Virus record (IMG/VR): IMGVR_UViG_3300049174_000048
Span: 1-53,207 of that record
DNA from: a virus
Taxonomy: Duplodnaviria > Caudoviricetes
Reading direction: 5' to 3' (one strand)
Length of the DNA: 53,207 nt
Each line of letters starts with the position of its first letter. Position 1 is the first letter of the stretch. The notes below the pieces were generated by a model, which was not told the origin of the DNA, did no database searches, and saw only the letters and a program-made list of their open reading frames with translations. Below, piece after piece: positions 43,740-53,207 of the stretch. A program made the position numbers and the translations under genes.

Positions 43740-44129
43740 ATGCCGTTATTGGACGTCAACGAAGTTCTGACGGACGCCGATCTTGCCGATACGTTCACGG
43801 TGGTGCGGCGGGCGGAGATGGTCAATACCTTCGGCGAGATGACCGTGACCGAGACCCGCAATGAAGGCGTGGTCGGCGTCATCGTGCCCGGCAGCGAACG
43901 CTTGCAGCGCGACGACGACTTCCAATCCCTGACCAAGACCATCGAGATTGCGACACCGTTCCGGCTGCAAGGGCCGTCGCCGGGCTTCCAGCCTGACATC
44001 ATTGAATGGGGTGGCAGCCGTTTCGTCATCACGGTGGTCGATGATCTGACGCATTTCGGTGCGGGTCACGTGCAGGCGTCCGCCGTTTCGATGACGTACC
44101 TGGATCCGCCGCCGGGTCAGGGGTCATGA
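43740..44129 (+). CDS. head closure/adaptor protein
   Basis: LDV.EVL.D.D..D.F.V.RR, PDII.W.G; position in neck module. Confidence 0.7.
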   Translation: MPLLDVNEVLTDADLADTFTVVRRAEMVNTFGEMTVTETRNEGVVGVIVPGSERLQRDDDFQSLTKTIEIATPFRLQGPSPGFQPDIIEWGGSRFVITVVDDLTHFGAGHVQASAVSMTYLDPPPGQGS

Positions 44130-45034
44130 GCGACAGCGCCGTAGGCGGCTACCTGCTTGCCAGCACGACGGGGCTGGAAGGGCAGGATCTGCAGCGCTTC
44201 CTGCAGCAATGGCTCGTCGGCATGACGGGGCTGGACCCGACGCTGGTGCGTCCGCGCTGGCAGCCTGAGCCGCCCAACATCCCGGTGGAAACCGTCGCGT
44301 GGTTGGCGTTCGGCATCGGCAATACCAGCGCAGACGTGTTTCCGTATGTCGTGCATGATCCGGACTTGAACGACGGGCAGGGCGGCGACCGGTTGCAGCG
44401 TCATGAAGAATTCGACATGCTGTGCAGCGCGTACGACCTGGGGTCGACCGGGCAGGCAGACGCCGTCATGTCGCTGCTGCGCGACGGCACGGCGATATCG
44501 CAGAACCGTGATTACCTGCGCAGCGCCGGTATTGCGTTGATCGAAGCTGGCGACATGCTGTCGGTTCCATCGTTGTTGATGGAGCGTTGGAATTACCGGG
44601 TCGACATGACCTTACGACTGCGTCGTCAGATCGATCGCGAGTATCCAGTCTTCCATATCCTGTCGGCGTCTGGCGGCGTGTTCTTTGACAAGCTGCCGCG
44701 CGGCATAGTCGTGAGGTTCGAAGCCGTGACCATACAGCTGCCGCAAGACGTCAACGTGACGCAGTCGACGGTGAACGTGCCGCCGGGTGCACAAGACGTG
44801 CAGATCTTGCCTGAGAACCTGAACAGGCAGTATCTGGCTATCATCAATACCGGCATAAGCCGTGCAAATTTGAATTTTGGTGTCGCTGCTGTCGTGGATG
44901 TCGGAGTGCCGCTGGATGCGGCAGCGGTGCAGGGCGACCCAGGCGGTAGCTTCATCATGGAGAACAGAGTATCGACACAAGCGATACACGCCATCTCACA
45001 GGCGGGCACGACACTGGTGGTGCTGGAGGGCTAA
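44126..45034 (+). CDS. tail terminator/neck protein with extra ~100-aa beta-rich C-terminal domain
   Basis: GMTGL...LVRPRWQPEPP, QNR..L, W.YRVDM; C-terminal N.NRQYLAIIN...GGSF...AIHAIS. Confidence 0.7.
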   Translation: MSDSAVGGYLLASTTGLEGQDLQRFLQQWLVGMTGLDPTLVRPRWQPEPPNIPVETVAWLAFGIGNTSADVFPYVVHDPDLNDGQGGDRLQRHEEFDMLCSAYDLGSTGQADAVMSLLRDGTAISQNRDYLRSAGIALIEAGDMLSVPSLLMERWNYRVDMTLRLRRQIDREYPVFHILSASGGVFFDKLPRGIVVRFEAVTIQLPQDVNVTQSTVNVPPGAQDVQILPENLNRQYLAIINTGISRANLNFGVAAVVDVGVPLDAAAVQGDPGGSFIMENRVSTQAIHAISQAGTTLVVLEG

Positions 45035-45038
45035 AGGC

Positions 45039-46679
45039 GTGCCGTACAACCGCACACGTTTCTCTAAGTGGGCATATGATCTCACCAATCTTGGTGAGGC
45101 AGTGCGGTCTATTCTTGGCGGCATGCTCAAGTCCGGGCAGATCGGCGTCGGCGCTACCGTGCCGCTGGTGTTCGGTAGTTCCAGCTTTGGCGTGCCCAAT
45201 ACCAGCTTCACGACGCCGTCGGGCACAACGCTCAGCCATATATTGGACCGGTGGGTGCCGCCGCAGCCGGCCGGTTGGCGGCTGGTGCTCTGCAACTTCA
45301 GCGTCACCAATACCGGCGCAGTGCCCAATGAAGTCAAGCCGGGCAATCCAATCACCATCGATTTCGTGTCGTTGTTCACGGCGACAGCTGGCGTCGGCTA
45401 CGTGGCGACTGCGCAATTCGGCGGTGTAAAAGCGGCAGTGATCGGTGATGGTGGTTACGCCATCACTGATCCACTACCTGCGCTGCCCAACGGCGGCTTC
45501 GTACGGTCGTCGGTCACGGTCGCGCTGGGCCAGTCACGTCCTGGCTCATATCAATTCAATGCGACAGCTGGTGAGCGTCACCAAGCGACTGCCGCGGTGG
45601 ATGCCGCCAAAGAGACGGCAGGATCGCCTAGCAATGCCGGTAGCATCAACGGGTCGCTGTATGGCGCGGCTGCCGTGCTGGTGCCCTGGACGGGCAAGCC
45701 GGCCGCGCTGCTGCTGGGCCACAGCATCTTGCGCGGTCAGGACGATCAGTATCGCTTCCTGGCTGACCCGCGTGCGCTCATCACCGGCTGGATGAAGCGT
45801 GGTATGGATGATGCTGGCGTAAGCGGCAATGATCGCATGGGCATTGGTGATTTCAGCGGAAGCGGCACGACAGCCACCGACACGATGGGTATCGTGCCGG
45901 GCGACGGCAAGTTCGGGTATCGCTATGCGGTCTTGAACGCCATTCGTACCATGAACGGTGGCGCGTGGCCGTTCACAGTCGTTGTCAGCGAGCATGGCGA
46001 GAATGACCGTGTATATATCACAGATGCTCCCAGCTGGAAGGCTGTGATGCAAACGTGGTGGCAGTGGTGCAAGACAACGTTCCCAAACGTGCCATTGGCG
46101 CAAGCGACGTTGAACCGGCGCGCGCAAGACACGTTGTATCGGCACACCCGGTCTGACACGCAGACCTTCAGCGACAGCAAGGATGGTCCTGGTCCCAACG
46201 ATGTGCGTTCTCAGGTGCAGGCATATATTCTCAGCAAGCCACACCCATTGGACAGCGTCATCGACGCGCGCGCCTACATGGAAGACCAGACGACGCATGA
46301 TCGGTGGCCGTTGACTGGCTACGCCAAGGCGGGCGGCGGCGTCATCACGGTCAAGAACAGCACGACCAGTTATCGCATCACCAAAGGTCCGAACGGCGAA
46401 GTGCCGCGCGTCGGCGAATATCTGGTATTCTCGCCGGGTGATGCCACGCTCAACGACATCAGCGCGAATACTACCATTCAAACCGTGACCGATAACGGTG
46501 ATGGTACTGTGACGGTCACGTTGATCGGTAACCCACCCAAGACGCACAACGTCGGTGAGACTTCTAGCAGTGCAAACACGTCGGACGGCACGCACCCTTG
46601 CACAGCGCTGCACCAGGATGCCAAAGCAGCGCCAGCCGCGTGGAAGCAGAACGGCATGTTCCCGCTTGCCGGCGTGTAA
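45039..46679 (+). CDS. SGNH/GDSL-hydrolase-containing virion appendage protein
   Basis: LLGHSI (block I), SG.GTT, EHGEND (block III), DGTHP (block V). Confidence 0.7.
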   Translation: MPYNRTRFSKWAYDLTNLGEAVRSILGGMLKSGQIGVGATVPLVFGSSSFGVPNTSFTTPSGTTLSHILDRWVPPQPAGWRLVLCNFSVTNTGAVPNEVKPGNPITIDFVSLFTATAGVGYVATAQFGGVKAAVIGDGGYAITDPLPALPNGGFVRSSVTVALGQSRPGSYQFNATAGERHQATAAVDAAKETAGSPSNAGSINGSLYGAAAVLVPWTGKPAALLLGHSILRGQDDQYRFLADPRALITGWMKRGMDDAGVSGNDRMGIGDFSGSGTTATDTMGIVPGDGKFGYRYAVLNAIRTMNGGAWPFTVVVSEHGENDRVYITDAPSWKAVMQTWWQWCKTTFPNVPLAQATLNRRAQDTLYRHTRSDTQTFSDSKDGPGPNDVRSQVQAYILSKPHPLDSVIDARAYMEDQTTHDRWPLTGYAKAGGGVITVKNSTTSYRITKGPNGEVPRVGEYLVFSPGDATLNDISANTTIQTVTDNGDGTVTVTLIGNPPKTHNVGETSSSANTSDGTHPCTALHQDAKAAPAAWKQNGMFPLAGV

Positions 46680-46706
46680 CTCCCTGACCAATAGGAGCAG
46701 CAACTA

Positions 46707-48233
46707 ATGCCGCAAGGACTTCCCGTATCGCGCCTCATCAGTGTTTCGGTGAACCTGTCGCCGCTCGCCGCGCAGTTCGCCAACTTCACGACACTGCTCA
46801 TCATGGGCGATACTGCTGGCGTCGTCAACGTGCTGGAACGTATCCGGTCGTACCAGCAGCTGTCCGATGTCGCTGCTGACTTTGGCACGTCGGCGCCGGA
46901 GTACCTTGCCGCGGCGCTGTACTTCAGTCAGGTGCCGACCCCGGCGCAGCTGTATATCGGCCGGTGGGCCAGCGCGCCGACCAAGGGTCAGCTGATCGGC
47001 GGTGTGCTGTCGACTGCGAACCAGCAGCTGTCGCACTGGACGCCGATAACGGCAGGCAGCCTGAAGGTCGGTGTGGATGGTGGCGCGCTGACCAACGTGC
47101 TGGGTCTGAACTTCTCGGCTGCTACGACCATGGCGGGGGTCGCAGCGATCATTCAGACCGGCATCCAAGCGCTGGGTGGCGCGTTTGCAGCGGTGACCTG
47201 CACCTGGGACGCGGTCAGGAAGCAGTTCAAGCTGTCCAGCGGCACGACGGGTATTGCATCGTCGGTGCAGGACGTGCAGGCTGCTGGCAGCGGCACGGAC
47301 ATCAGCGGCGCAGGCTTCCTGCAAATGACCACAGCCACCAAGCAGCAGACGGTGCCCGGCGCTGCTGCCGAAACCGCCCTGGCAGCCGTGCAGGCACTCG
47401 ACCAGACGGCAACGCAGTGGTACGGACTGACCGTGGCATCTGGCGTGCCGCTGACCACCAACGACCATCTGGCGATCGCTGGGTACGTCGAGGGCAGCGG
47501 GTCGTCCGGCAACCCACACCTGTACGGCGTGACGTCCCAGGACGCCGCGGCTCTCAGCAGCACGGACACCACCAGCCTGGGCTACCAGCTGTCGTCGCTG
47601 GGCTACAACAGGTCGTTCGTCCAGTATTGTTCGACGTCGCCCTATGCCGTTGCCAGCCTCTTCGGTCGTGCGTTCAGTGTCAACTTCCAGGCGCAGAACA
47701 GCACCATTACGCTGGCGTGGAAGCAGGAGCCGGGTCTGGCAGCCGAACAGCTGACGTCGACCCAGGCGGACGCGCTGAACCGGACGCATCACAACTACTA
47801 CGCCGCGTTCAACAATAACACCAATATCGTGGTGAACGGACAGATGGCGTCTGGCATCTACTTCGACGAAATATGGGGTGCCGATTGGCTGGCGAACCAG
47901 ATCCAGGTGGACGTGTACAACCTGCTGTACACCAGTCCGACCAAGATCCCGCAGACGGACAGCGGCATGAACCAGATTGCCACCACGATTGAAGGTTCGT
48001 GCGTGCGCGGCGTCAACAACGGTTTGTTGGCGCCCGGCATCTGGCAGCAGGCTGGCTTCGGTCAGCTGAAGCAGAACGACTTCGTGTCGAAAGGCTTCTA
48101 CGTCTACACGCCACCCCTTAGTTCGCAGGCAGTTGCGGACCGAGCAGCACGTAAGTCGGTGCCGTTCCAGGTGGCTGCCAAGCTGGCAGGCGCCGTGCAC
48201 AGCGTCGCCATCACCGTCAACCTGAACCGTTAA
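46707..48233 (+). CDS. contractile tail sheath protein (DUF3383)
   Basis: VAADFG..APEY.AA..YFSQ.P.P, KQEPG, KIPQTDSG, GFYVY, AGAVH. Confidence 0.9.
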   Translation: MPQGLPVSRLISVSVNLSPLAAQFANFTTLLIMGDTAGVVNVLERIRSYQQLSDVAADFGTSAPEYLAAALYFSQVPTPAQLYIGRWASAPTKGQLIGGVLSTANQQLSHWTPITAGSLKVGVDGGALTNVLGLNFSAATTMAGVAAIIQTGIQALGGAFAAVTCTWDAVRKQFKLSSGTTGIASSVQDVQAAGSGTDISGAGFLQMTTATKQQTVPGAAAETALAAVQALDQTATQWYGLTVASGVPLTTNDHLAIAGYVEGSGSSGNPHLYGVTSQDAAALSSTDTTSLGYQLSSLGYNRSFVQYCSTSPYAVASLFGRAFSVNFQAQNSTITLAWKQEPGLAAEQLTSTQADALNRTHHNYYAAFNNNTNIVVNGQMASGIYFDEIWGADWLANQIQVDVYNLLYTSPTKIPQTDSGMNQIATTIEGSCVRGVNNGLLAPGIWQQAGFGQLKQNDFVSKGFYVYTPPLSSQAVADRAARKSVPFQVAAKLAGAVHSVAITVNLNR

Positions 48234-48242
48234 GGAGCAGCA

Positions 48243-48698
48243 ATGGCAACCTATAGCTTCGAGGATGTCGTCGCCACCATCAGCGGTCCGGGTGGCGTCA
48301 TCCCGTTGGGCAACGGCGCCGGCAATGCGGACGAAGGCATCACGGTCGCCATGACCGAAGACAAGAACACCATGGTGACCGGCGCTGATGGCAGCGTCAT
48401 GCACAGTCTGCATGCGGCGCAGTCCGGGCGCATCACGGTGCGGCTGCTCAAGGTCAGCCCGACCAACGCGCTGCTGAGTGCGATGTACAACTTCCAGACG
48501 CAGTCCAGCGCGAACCACGGTCAGAACACGATGGTGATCGCCAATCCGCAACGTGGCGATCTCATCAGCTGCCAGCAGGTGGCGTTCGCCAAGCAGCCTG
48601 ATCTGGCGTACGCCAAGGAGGGCAACGTTCAGGAATGGGAATTCGACGCCGGCTATATCCACGAAATCCTGGGTTACGGCTCGCCGACGGCGCCCTAA
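48243..48698 (+). CDS. tail tube protein (DUF3277)
   Basis: TYSF.DV.A.I.GP, EGITV, GADG..MHSL, SPTNA.L, WEFD. Confidence 0.88.
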   Translation: MATYSFEDVVATISGPGGVIPLGNGAGNADEGITVAMTEDKNTMVTGADGSVMHSLHAAQSGRITVRLLKVSPTNALLSAMYNFQTQSSANHGQNTMVIANPQRGDLISCQQVAFAKQPDLAYAKEGNVQEWEFDAGYIHEILGYGSPTAP

Positions 48699-48886
48699 CG
48701 GGCGCGGTACTGCCGGCGACCGGCGCGTGACGCGTAACCACGTACCTTGGGTGGGTTGAACTTGGTGATGAAGTCCGACAGTGCTACGCTGGCGGCGACA
48801 GCGGCATCGCGGTTGCCGGCGGCGCGCGCTGCGTCGAAGATGGCTTGCAGGCGGGTTTGTTCGGCAAGAATTTCGACTTTCGTCAC
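48695..48886 (-). CDS. antisense small protein (63 aa, basic C-terminus)
   Basis: TCATCAGAACAGGAG SD and own promoter. Confidence 0.7.
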   Translation of the reverse strand: MTKVEILAEQTRLQAIFDAARAAGNRDAAVAASVALSDFITKFNPPKVRGYASRAGRRQYRAR

Positions 48887-48912
48887 AACTGCTCTCCTGT
48901 TCTGATGACCTT

Positions 48913-48941
48913 CTTATAATCCAGCTTCAACGATGATGCAA
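48913..48941 (-). promoter_or_regulatory. promoter GAAAGTCC-TTGCAT-17-TATAAG
   Basis: same family as the 16.5-18.4 kb copies. Confidence 0.65.
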
Positions 48942-48952
48942 GGACTTTCTTC

Positions 48953-49441
48953 GTGAAACAGACGTTAACTGAAGCGACCGTCAACGGCAACACGTACCGC
49001 ATCGGCAAGATGCCGGTCATGCAGCAGTTCCACGTTGCGCGTCGGCTGGCGCCCGTGCTGTCCGGTGTCATCGACGCGCTCAAGGCTGCCGGGCTGGACC
49101 CGGTCAAGCTGGCTACCATGCCGCCCGGCAGCAAGCTGGGCGACGTCGACCCGTTTGCCATGGTCGAGCCACTGGGCGACGTGCTGGCCAAGGTCAGCGA
49201 CGACGACAGCGAGTACATTATCGGTGCCTGCCTGCAATGCGTCTCACGCGCCCAGCCCAACGGCACCGGCTGGGCATTCGTGTGGGTGCCGCGTGGTGGG
49301 CTCATGTTCCAGGACATGGAATTGCCCGAAATGTTGCAGCTGGTCTGGAAGGTGCTGGAGAGCAATCTCGCCGGTTTTTTCTCTGGCCAAAACTCAAGTT
49401 CCAGCGATCCGCCGGGCCGGCAATCGACTACGTCTCCCTGA
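48953..49441 (+). CDS. tail assembly chaperone
   Basis: YRIGKM...QFHVARRLAP, CL..V.R, NL.GFF; lies between tube and tape measure. Confidence 0.8.
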   Translation: MKQTLTEATVNGNTYRIGKMPVMQQFHVARRLAPVLSGVIDALKAAGLDPVKLATMPPGSKLGDVDPFAMVEPLGDVLAKVSDDDSEYIIGACLQCVSRAQPNGTGWAFVWVPRGGLMFQDMELPEMLQLVWKVLESNLAGFFSGQNSSSSDPPGRQSTTSP

Positions 49442-49611
49442 CCACAGGTGAAGACTGGCTCATGCGTCCTGTAGTGCGCGGGTTGTGCAAGTATGAAGGT
49501 CTCAAGGACGGGACACTGGATCTTGTCGATTTCGCACGTATGAACGACGCGCTGGACGTGCAAGACGAGAACGAGCGACGGTTGCGTAAATATTTTGAGC
49601 GGGACCGTTGA
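49375..49611 (+). CDS. chaperone extension (DUF6889-like) reached by probable -1 frameshift at T_TTT_TTC
   Basis: -1 frame open from the slippery site to GEDWLMRPV...YE.LKDGTLDLVD.ARMNDALDV..EN. Confidence 0.7.
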   Translation, partial: FFLWPKLKFQRSAGPAIDYVSLTTGEDWLMRPVVRGLCKYEGLKDGTLDLVDFARMNDALDVQDENERRLRKYFERDR

Positions 49612-51206
49612 TGGCTGGCGCCACCACAATCAAAGAATTCTTGGTTGGTCTTGGTTTCAATATAAACCAGAACCAATACAAGCAGTTCATTGGTGGGATC
49701 GATGGCGCTACGCTGGCAGTCGGCAAGCTGGCCACTGCCGTGGAAGCAACTGCGGCAGCCGTGGTCATCGGTGTCACTAAGATAGCAGAACGGTTCGAGG
49801 ATCTTTATTACGCCAGCAAGCGTATCGGCACGACTGTACAGAATATAGAAAGTCTTGAATTTGCCGCACGTCAGATAGGTGTTGCCGGCGGCGAGGCGAC
49901 GGCTGCGCTGGAAAATCTAGCCAGCATGATGCGCACGCAGCCCGGTACTGAAGGACTGCTGAACAGCATGGGTGTGCAGACGCGCGATGCGTCGCACGCC
50001 ATGCGCGACATGAACGATATTCAGCAGGACTTTGTCAAGCGACTGCGTGAAATGCCGTACTTCATGGCGGCGCAGTTTGCACAGATGTTTGGCATCAGCG
50101 AAAGAACGCTGTACCAGTTAATCAATAGACAAGACGAGGCTATTCAAAAACAAGAAGAATACCGCAAGAAGGTCAGGGAGTGGGGTCTGGACCTGGACGA
50201 CGTGGCCAGCAAGTCACGTGACTTCATGAACAGACTACGTGATGTAGCGGCAGACTTTGATCTTCTAGCTACAAAAATACAGCGTGATTTGATGCCGGTA
50301 GCAGATAGGATGTTGCAGGTAATGCAGCATCTATTTGAATTGTTCAGGAGCAGCCAATCAGCATTTGCGCCGTTTCAGGCGGCACTTGGTAGTGTGGTCA
50401 CCACGCTAGAAGCCATCATAGCAATCTTAGAAAGTCGTTGGGAAGATGCATGGAAGAAAGCGGGACAGGCTGTACGCGAGAATTTGAATATACTTGGACC
50501 GCGTGCGCTTCCACTGGAAGAACAGCGTAGAATAGAAGACCAGATGCGCCCTGGTACTGGTGATACTATTTTTGGGCGAATACTGCGCGGTTTGGGCTTG
50601 GCTCCTCAGTCTGGTGGCGCGCAGGCTGGTAGTGCGGCACCGACTGGTGGTGAAGCGCCGACTGCCGGCGAAGCTATCATGAATTTCTTTAAGAACATGG
50701 GCTGGTCCCAGGCACAGGCTGCCGGCATCGCCGGTAATCTACAGCAGGAAAGCGGGTTCGACCCTGCTGCCAGCGGCGACGGCGGACGCGCCTATGGCGT
50801 GGCACAGTGGCACCCGGACAGGCAGGCTGCCTTCCAGCAGTGGGCGGGCAAGCCCATGCAGGGTTCGAGCCTGTGGGAGCAGCTGGCGTTCATACAGCAT
50901 GAACTGACCGAAGGCGCCGAGCGCACCGCTGGCAACCTGCTGCGCAGCGCCAAGACGGCGGCGGAAGCAGCCGGGGTGTTCAGCCAGAACTATGAGCGAC
51001 CTGCCGACGTCCAGGGTGAGATGGCACGGCGCGGCGCCATGGCCGAACACCTGCTGGAAGGTGGCACGAACGTGACCGTCAACCAGAAAACCGATATACA
51101 CGTCAACGGCGGTGACGCGCCGGCTACTACTGGTCGCGCAGTCGCTGACGAGCAACGACGCGTGAACGCTGACATGACGCGCAATCTCGCTGGTGCGGTG
51201 CGCTGA
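49611..51206 (+). CDS. tape measure protein with C-terminal phage tail lysozyme domain
   Basis: TIKEFLVGLGF; helical body; GWSQAQAAGIAGNLQQES...AYGVAQW...YERP. Confidence 0.88.
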   Translation: MAGATTIKEFLVGLGFNINQNQYKQFIGGIDGATLAVGKLATAVEATAAAVVIGVTKIAERFEDLYYASKRIGTTVQNIESLEFAARQIGVAGGEATAALENLASMMRTQPGTEGLLNSMGVQTRDASHAMRDMNDIQQDFVKRLREMPYFMAAQFAQMFGISERTLYQLINRQDEAIQKQEEYRKKVREWGLDLDDVASKSRDFMNRLRDVAADFDLLATKIQRDLMPVADRMLQVMQHLFELFRSSQSAFAPFQAALGSVVTTLEAIIAILESRWEDAWKKAGQAVRENLNILGPRALPLEEQRRIEDQMRPGTGDTIFGRILRGLGLAPQSGGAQAGSAAPTGGEAPTAGEAIMNFFKNMGWSQAQAAGIAGNLQQESGFDPAASGDGGRAYGVAQWHPDRQAAFQQWAGKPMQGSSLWEQLAFIQHELTEGAERTAGNLLRSAKTAAEAAGVFSQNYERPADVQGEMARRGAMAEHLLEGGTNVTVNQKTDIHVNGGDAPATTGRAVADEQRRVNADMTRNLAGAVR

Positions 51207-51952
51207 TGGGCTTCAGCTTCAAAAATGCGCTGGGCAATGTCAATCCAGGCGCCGTCACCTTGACTGCTATCACCGGCGCAGGTCTGATCGCGCTGAAATA
51301 CCTGACGGGTGACCGCAGCGCCGACCGGCGCATATTCTACCCTGACACGGGCGGCGCGCCGTCCGGTGCGCAAGCGCCGCAGGGTGGCTGGCCGATACGC
51401 ACGATCATACCGCATGTCACTGTGCGTGAAGTGCATGACGACGCACTGTCGATCACGCATCACCCGGTGGAGCAGGGCGCTGCAATCAGTGATCATGCGT
51501 ACAAACACCCGGCGCAGCTGGTCATCGAAGCTGGCTGGTCAAACGCTCGTCAAGCCAGCAAGTACGGTGCCGATGCACTGCTGAACACTGTCACGTCGAT
51601 GGTGCCGAACGCACCAAGCCCGAACTACCTGCGTGACCTGTACAGCCAGATGCTGAAGCTGCAAGCCGACCGGCAGCTGGTCAGCATTCAAACCGGCAAG
51701 CGTACTTATGCCAGCATGTTGCTGGAGCGGCTGCGCACGATTACCGACGAGAAGACCGAGACCGTGCTGCTGGTGTCGATGGAGTTCAAACAGGTCATCA
51801 TCGTGCGCACGCAGACCGTGACCATTCCGCCGCAGGGTCAGCACGCAGACCCGGAGAAGACGGCACCGACAGTCAATCGCGGCACGGTACAGCCGTCACA
51901 GCGTGAAGCACAGATCGCTGCTACACAGGCGCGTGACGTGGCAGGACCATGA
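51206..51952 (+). CDS. baseplate/tube-initiator (Dit-like) protein
   Basis: E.H.D.LSIT.HPVEQGA.ISDHAY..P, TGKR.Y..ML. Confidence 0.8.
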   Translation: MGFSFKNALGNVNPGAVTLTAITGAGLIALKYLTGDRSADRRIFYPDTGGAPSGAQAPQGGWPIRTIIPHVTVREVHDDALSITHHPVEQGAAISDHAYKHPAQLVIEAGWSNARQASKYGADALLNTVTSMVPNAPSPNYLRDLYSQMLKLQADRQLVSIQTGKRTYASMLLERLRTITDEKTETVLLVSMEFKQVIIVRTQTVTIPPQGQHADPEKTAPTVNRGTVQPSQREAQIAATQARDVAGP

Positions 51953-52260
51953 CCACGGCATACGAAATACCGCTCGTAGCGGCGCCGCAGACGCTGTCCG
52001 TGACGCTGGCAGGCACGACCTACCAGCTGCGGCTGGCGTGGTGCAAGCCGGCGCAGGCGTGGACGCTGTACCTTGCCGCAGCGGACGGCACGCCGTTGGT
52101 CAACGGGGTGCCGCTGGTGACAGGCGCCAACCTGCTGGAGCCGTTCGCCTATATGGACTTCGGCGGACAGCTGTATGTCGTAACCGACCATGACGCCGAC
52201 GCACAGCCGACATTCGCAAGCTTGGGTGACCGCAGCCATCTGCTGTTCGTGCCGACATGA
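51949..52260 (+). CDS. small baseplate protein
   Basis: EIPL...PQ.LSVTL.G..Y, W.L, GVPLVTGANLL. Confidence 0.75.
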   Translation: MTTAYEIPLVAAPQTLSVTLAGTTYQLRLAWCKPAQAWTLYLAAADGTPLVNGVPLVTGANLLEPFAYMDFGGQLYVVTDHDADAQPTFASLGDRSHLLFVPT

Positions 52261-53207
52261 CAGACCAGTTCGGCCGTATCGCCACGCTCATTATCATGCC
52301 GCCGGACACGACGCATGGCTTGGACCTGAGCGAATTGCAGTTTCGTTTCCAGGTACGACAGAGCGACGTGACGACGCCGAACAATGCCGTCATACGGGTG
52401 CACAATGTCAGCCGTGAGACTTCCCAAAAGGTACAGAAGGAGTTCACCAAAGTTGTCTTGCAGGCTGGATATCGGGACAACTTTGCTATCATCTTCCAGG
52501 GTGAGATCAAGCAGGTTCGTCGTGGCAAGTCATCTGCCACCGACAGCTATTTGGATCTGTTGTGCGCTGATGGTGATCTTGCTCATAATTTCGCTGTTGT
52601 CCGACAGTCAGTAGCAGCTGGTGGCACGTACCAGGACCAGTTCGGCGTGCTTATGAAAGCCATGAAAGAGCGCGGCGTCGACACTGGCTATGTCGACCCG
52701 ATCGCTGGCCCGGTCATGGTGCGCGGCAAGGTTCTGTACGGCATGGCGCGCGACGGGTTGCGCACGCTGGCTGACAGCATCGGCATGGGCTGGTCGATAC
52801 AGGACGGCAAGGTGCAGATGGTGCTGCGCGACGGCTACGTGCCAGGGCGTGAAGCCGTGCGCATCAACAGTCGTACCGGCATGGTCGGTATCCCCGAACA
52901 AGGTGAAGACGGCATACGCGTGACGACGCTGCTCAACCCTATGCTGAAGATTGGCACACTGGTGGAGCTCAATGAAAATGACATCAACAAGCTGACCAAC
53001 ACCGTGCCGTCGTCACCCGTGCCGTTTGATCGCTATGTCGGTTTGCAGCTGCTGGCGCCGGTTGCGCCGGGCGACGGACTGTACCGCTTGTACGTGGTCG
53101 AGCATGAGGGCGACACGCGCGGCAACGAGTGGTACAGCCACCTGACGTGTCTTGCCATCGACCGTACCACTGGCAAGCTGTACAGGGCGCCGGTCGCCGA
53201 ACCGCCC
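52257..53207 (+). CDS. baseplate hub protein (no stop before window end)
   Basis: not in ORF track; TPNNAVIRVHN, VVLQAGY..NF.IIFQG.I, ADGD, TGMVG.P, LLNP, H.GDTRGNEWY. Confidence 0.8.
   Translation, partial: MTDQFGRIATLIIMPPDTTHGLDLSELQFRFQVRQSDVTTPNNAVIRVHNVSRETSQKVQKEFTKVVLQAGYRDNFAIIFQGEIKQVRRGKSSATDSYLDLLCADGDLAHNFAVVRQSVAAGGTYQDQFGVLMKAMKERGVDTGYVDPIAGPVMVRGKVLYGMARDGLRTLADSIGMGWSIQDGKVQMVLRDGYVPGREAVRINSRTGMVGIPEQGEDGIRVTTLLNPMLKIGTLVELNENDINKLTNTVPSSPVPFDRYVGLQLLAPVAPGDGLYRLYVVEHEGDTRGNEWYSHLTCLAIDRTTGKLYRAPVAEPP

Noticed and set aside
28342-48662. Long minus-strand ORFs over structural genes (e.g. 30627-32345, 36833-38035, 46704-48662)
   Set aside because: Antisense shadows with no recognisable domains

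Overview
About 53 kb of a high-GC dsDNA tailed-phage genome with two divergent arms; no integrase or repressor is recognisable in the window. The left arm (minus strand, ~1-27.4 kb) is a replication and DNA-modification module. It carries a family A DNA polymerase with two inteins, an AEP primase, UvrD and SNF2 helicases, an SSB-like protein and exonucleases. It also carries a thymine-replacement cluster: dCTP deaminase, dUMP hydroxymethylase-type thymidylate synthase homolog, HD phosphohydrolase, DUF1599/Nmad1, aGPT-Pplase1/5hmdU-kinase-family protein, radical SAM enzyme, Nmad5, and a T4 beta-glucosyltransferase-like protein. An array of small genes follows, each with its own repeated sigma70-type promoter and RBS. 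After an AT-rich, repeat-containing switch region, the right arm (plus strand) starts with a NusG/RfaH paralog and encodes a contractile-tail morphogenesis module (PBSX-type terminase, DUF1073 portal, MuF, DUF2213, DUF2184 capsid, DUF3383 sheath, DUF3277 tube, tape measure, baseplate). Best leads: (1) a candidate glycosylated or otherwise hypermodified 5-hydroxymethyluracil (base-J-like) pathway; (2) an intein whose HNH endonuclease is overprinted in the +1 frame; (3) a portal-InPase fusion with T-x-D motifs recurring across head proteins; (4) promoter-RBS gene cassettes, two of them inserted antisense in the late operon; (5) a NusG paralog followed by an ops-like site; (6) tandem signal-peptide paralogs in the head operon. 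All family assignments come from motif recognition by eye, not from database searches.
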